64,000 bases of DNA from Nemertoderma westbladi (Eukaryota > Animalia > Xenacoelomorpha): assembly GCA_032718475.1 (NCBI GenBank), contig JAUCBJ010000295.1, positions 27,981 through 91,980 of the forward strand, written 5' to 3'. Each line of letters starts with the position of its first letter. The first letter of the stretch is position 1. Both the position numbers and the translations under genes were made by a program. Below are positions 60,400-64,000 of this stretch, in pieces. A model generated the notes under the pieces. It saw only the letters and a program-made list of their open reading frames with translations. It had not been told where the DNA came from and made no database searches.

Positions 60400-62300
60400 A
60401 TATGTGTCGCGACTTAGAACGATTTTGTTGCTCAACTTTGGATTCATGGTGCTTTTCTGTTGATCCAACATTTAATTTTGGCATGTTTGAGGTAACACCA
60501 TTTACGTACAGGAACATTTTATTGATAAATAAGCGAACTCATGTCCCTCCAGTCTTTTTAGGCCCAACTGCTATTCACTATAGTAAAACAGAGTCAACAT
60601 ATTCCAAAATAGTTAGTGTTGTAGTTGAACATTGTCCACTCTTAAAGACAAAATGTTTAAGCTTCATCACCGATGGGGAGTCAGCACTGTACCAGTCATT
60701 GTCAAACCACATACCTTTAGCAAAGCGCCTGCGGTGTACCCGTCATTTTCAAGAAAACTGCAAGACATATCTGAAAGGAATTGGAATTTCAAGTCATACA
60801 GCTCAGGTTGAATTCCTTGACTTGGTATTTCAAAGCGAATCTGGGTTGATTGATTCTGTCGATGCTCACGATGTAAAAGTGCGTCTCCTTGGTCTGAAAC
60901 CAACCTATGATCGCATGGAAGCTTCATTTCTAAATAAAGATCAACATTATGAGTCAAAGTTTTGGTGTTACCTGGAGAATAGGAAAGATATGATAAGTGA
61001 TTGTTTCTCACTTGAGAGTCGAAGTAAGGCAGGAATTACAGCTACCAATAAAGATGGAATTCTTCTCAGACCGTACACAAATCAATCTGAGTGTATTAAT
61101 AGCAAATTGACCAAACAAAAAGAAGCTCTTATTAACAAGGCCAAAAAGCCAAGGAAAAATTAACGAAATTATCTTTTCTTAAGGAAGTTTGGGAACATGT
61201 TGAAGAAATTCAGGTTCATGAGATGGAGATGGCTATTTGTGGTCTGAGCGAGGAGTTCCAACTAGCTGATATTGCATCGCATCTGTTTGTTCCACCCGAT
61301 GTTTGGTATGCATGGCCTCCTGGCGACAGATCTCTATATATTGAAAAGTTTAACCAGTTAACAATGGAGGAAGTATATGCTGGCAAAGATATTGAGATCA
61401 TGTTAACTACTGCTGACCCTGATGTGGAGGCAAAGGAATTATCAGTTAATGTTGTAGAGGCTATGTCAAAACGGCATAATATTTCAGCAGACTACATTGC
61501 AACTGTTGTCAAGGCGAGCGAACTGTTATTAAACACTAAAGGTGCAATTTCATTGAAACCATCACTGGATACTGCTGGAGGTTCTACATATTTGGTCGCT
61601 TCGAAAACTTGCAAGCGGAGTATGTACGAATGCAAATTATCAAAGAATCATGTTAGCTGTACATGTGTCGCATTTAAATACAATTCAATATGTAAACATA
61701 GCCTTGCCGTGGCAGAGATAGATGGTATACTTGAAGAACACATTAATTATGTATTAACCATAGCAACCAACAAGAAACGCAAACGAGACAGTTTAGTTTC
61801 GGTTCCTGCCACTGCTGGGAAAAAGGGAGGTCGACATAAGACGGCTTGGAGACCACAGTCAGTAAATGCTATTCCACCAAGTGGTAGTAGCACAGATGAT
61901 ATACAGTCATTGCCAGGGCGTCCATTTACTGAAGTCTATCATAATGACTTGCCCATTACATTGCGTTTCCTAACTGATGAACCATCAGCCCTTCATTGTC
62001 AACAATGTAAACTAAACTTTCCACGGCGGCAGCTCATTCGGCCATATGATATAGTGTTCTGATCACTTTGAAAGATGGATGTATCCCCATCCATCGATTC
62101 CCTCTACTAACATACCATCGAACAAACTTACTAAGAAGTTTTACTGCGTAAGGTGGGACTGCATATTTAAGCGATTTCCTTACGTCAGTGATCAGTTATC
62201 ACTCCTGCAGGAAGGTGAAGAACTGCATCCCCGATTGGCTGCTTCACATGTCTTTTTACTTAAGAACGAATTCGATATTGACATTCCAATTCCAACCTAA
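60400..62300 (+). pseudogene. Mutator/MULE-like DDE transposase with SWIM finger and Cys-rich C-terminus, disrupted
   Basis: SVDPTFNFG, LGPTAIH, FITDGESAL, RCTRH, TNQSECINS; SWIM CTC...CKH; frameshift at ~61160 and stop at 62060. Confidence 0.8.
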
Positions 62301-62302
62301 GG

Positions 62303-62658
62303 TAGGGATGGCATAACGAAACGAAACGAAAGACATTTCAATTTCGTTTCGTTTTCATTAATTTAGTTTCGTTTTGTTTTTACCATTATGATCAAATATT
62401 CGTTTCGTTTCGTTTTTTAACAATCTATGAAATTTTCGTTTCGTGTCAAACATCATAAATTCGTTTTTCGTTTCGTATTTTTCAAATTTTTTTGATTTTA
62501 TCAAATACAACGAAAATTTAACAAAACGAAACACTTACTATTTCGTTTCGTTATTTTCATGTATTTTTATTTCGTTTCGTTTAACATTTTTTCGTTACGT
62601 TATTTTTTCGTTTCGTTATTGCCAAATATGCTTCGTTTCGTTTCGTATGTCATCCCTG
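62303..62658. mobile_element. hAT-type MITE with internal (TTTCG)n repeats
   Basis: TIRs TAGGGATGGCATAACGAAACG / CGTTTCGTATGTCATCCCTG; 8-bp TSD ACCTAAGG at 62295-62302 and 62659-62666. Confidence 0.9.
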
Positions 62659-63135
62659 ACCTAAGGTATTGAATTATTATTAGGGGCGGGGGGTACTGCG
62701 AACAAGGGTCCGTGAATGTGTTTTATACGGATATATGCAATGGAATTGTGAAATGGGCTTTTTATCTGGATCACCTTATTCACAAATTAAAATTAAATAA
62801 ACTGGATCACAAATAATATCGCCTATAAGTCATAATATTAATTACTACAGCTTAATAATAATAGCTGTTTTGAGATGTATATTATATGTATATATATATA
62901 TTGTAAAGGTATTAGGGGATATTACGATTGTCGATTAAATGGTGAACTTGTTCACCTATTGGAATTGTGATTATATTTTATCCCTTTCCTTTTATTATTA
63001 AATTGGTTGAGATAGAGTTTAGAAAACTGCTTCAATAGATGTCGAATTTTATAAAATTGATGTCAAACGTATCCGATATTTAAACGCTTTTGTTAATCGA
63101 ATTAACTGTAGTAGTACGTTACTTGTCTAATGTCT

Positions 63136-64000
63136 GTTATTTCCACAGTGCTAGTGGGTAATAAAGTTATTATTTCCACAGTGCTAGTGGGTAATAAAGT
63201 TATTATTTCCACATTGCTAGTGGGTAATAAAGTTATTATTTCCACAGTGCTAGTGGGTAATAAAGTTATTATTTCCACAGTGCTAGTGGGTAATAAAGTT
63301 ATTATTTCCACAGTGCTAGTGGGTAATAAAGTTATTATTTCCACAGTGCTAGTGGGTAATAAAGTTATTATTTCCACAGTGCTAGTGGGTAATAAAGTTA
63401 TTATTTCCACAGTGCTAGTGGGTAATAAAGTTATTATTTCCACAGTGCTAGTGGGTAATAAAGTTATTATTTCCACAGTGCTAGTGGGTAATAAAGTTAT
63501 TATTTCCACATTGCTAGTGGGTAATAAAGTTATTATTTCCACAGTGCTAGTGGGTAATAAAGTTATTATTTCCACAGTGCTAGTGGGTAATAAAGTTATT
63601 ATTTCCACAGTGCTAGTGTGTAATAAAGTTATTATTTCCACAGTGCTAGTGGGTAATAAAGTTATTATTTCCACAGTGCTAGTGGGTAATAAAGTTATTA
63701 TTTCCACAGTGCTAGTGGGTAATAAAGTTATTATTTCCACAGTGCTAGTGGGTAATAAAGTTATTATTTCCACAGTGCTAGTGGGTAATAAAGTTATTAT
63801 TTCCACAGTGCTAGTGGGTAATAAAGTTATTATTTCCACAGTGCTAGTGGGTAATAAAGTTATTATTTCCACAGTGCTAGTGGGTAATAAAGTTATTATT
63901 TCCACAGTGCTAGTGGGTAATAAAGTTATTATTTCCACAGTGCTAGTGGGTAATAAAGTTATTATTTCCACAGTGCTAGTGGGTAATAAAGTTATTATTT
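63136..64000. repeat. 33-bp minisatellite running off the window edge (>=26 copies)
   Basis: Unit ttatttccacagtgctagtgggtaataaagtta. Confidence 0.97.

Noticed and set aside
63102-63971. 289-aa mucin-like ORF
   Set aside because: Pure 33-bp satellite translation with no unique flanking coding sequence

Overview
This is repeat-rich, AT-rich eukaryotic DNA, most likely from an invertebrate animal, dominated by three minus-strand BEL/Pao LTR retrotransposons. Element 1 (1-13217) has its 3' LTR just off the left edge, a PPT at 3-17 and a decayed ~2,860-codon gag-pol. Where an env would sit, it carries a 37-bp tandem array and an ~850-codon accessory reading frame combining a DEDDy (WRN/EXD/Mut-7-like) 3'-5' exonuclease with three CCHC knuckles. 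Elements 2 (19144-31315) and 3 (35811-47509) are young insertions of a non-autonomous lineage. Each keeps an intact 1.3-1.4k-aa Gag-protease ORF, both share one deletion of RT/RNase H, both lack integrase, and element 2 carries a decayed homolog of element 1's zinc-knuckle module. Element 3 sits antisense in the intron of a small two-exon host gene (signal peptide, TM helix, Cys cluster, PPxY tail). That intron also holds a highly structured ~415-bp insertion, and a truncated paralog lies at 57375-58200 between long inverted repeats. The rest comprises a Gypsy pol relic, a triplicated tRNA-like unit, L2/Crack LINE 3' ends, a broken MULE-SWIM transposase, an hAT MITE and several minisatellites. 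All calls are from visual motif recognition; no database searches were run.
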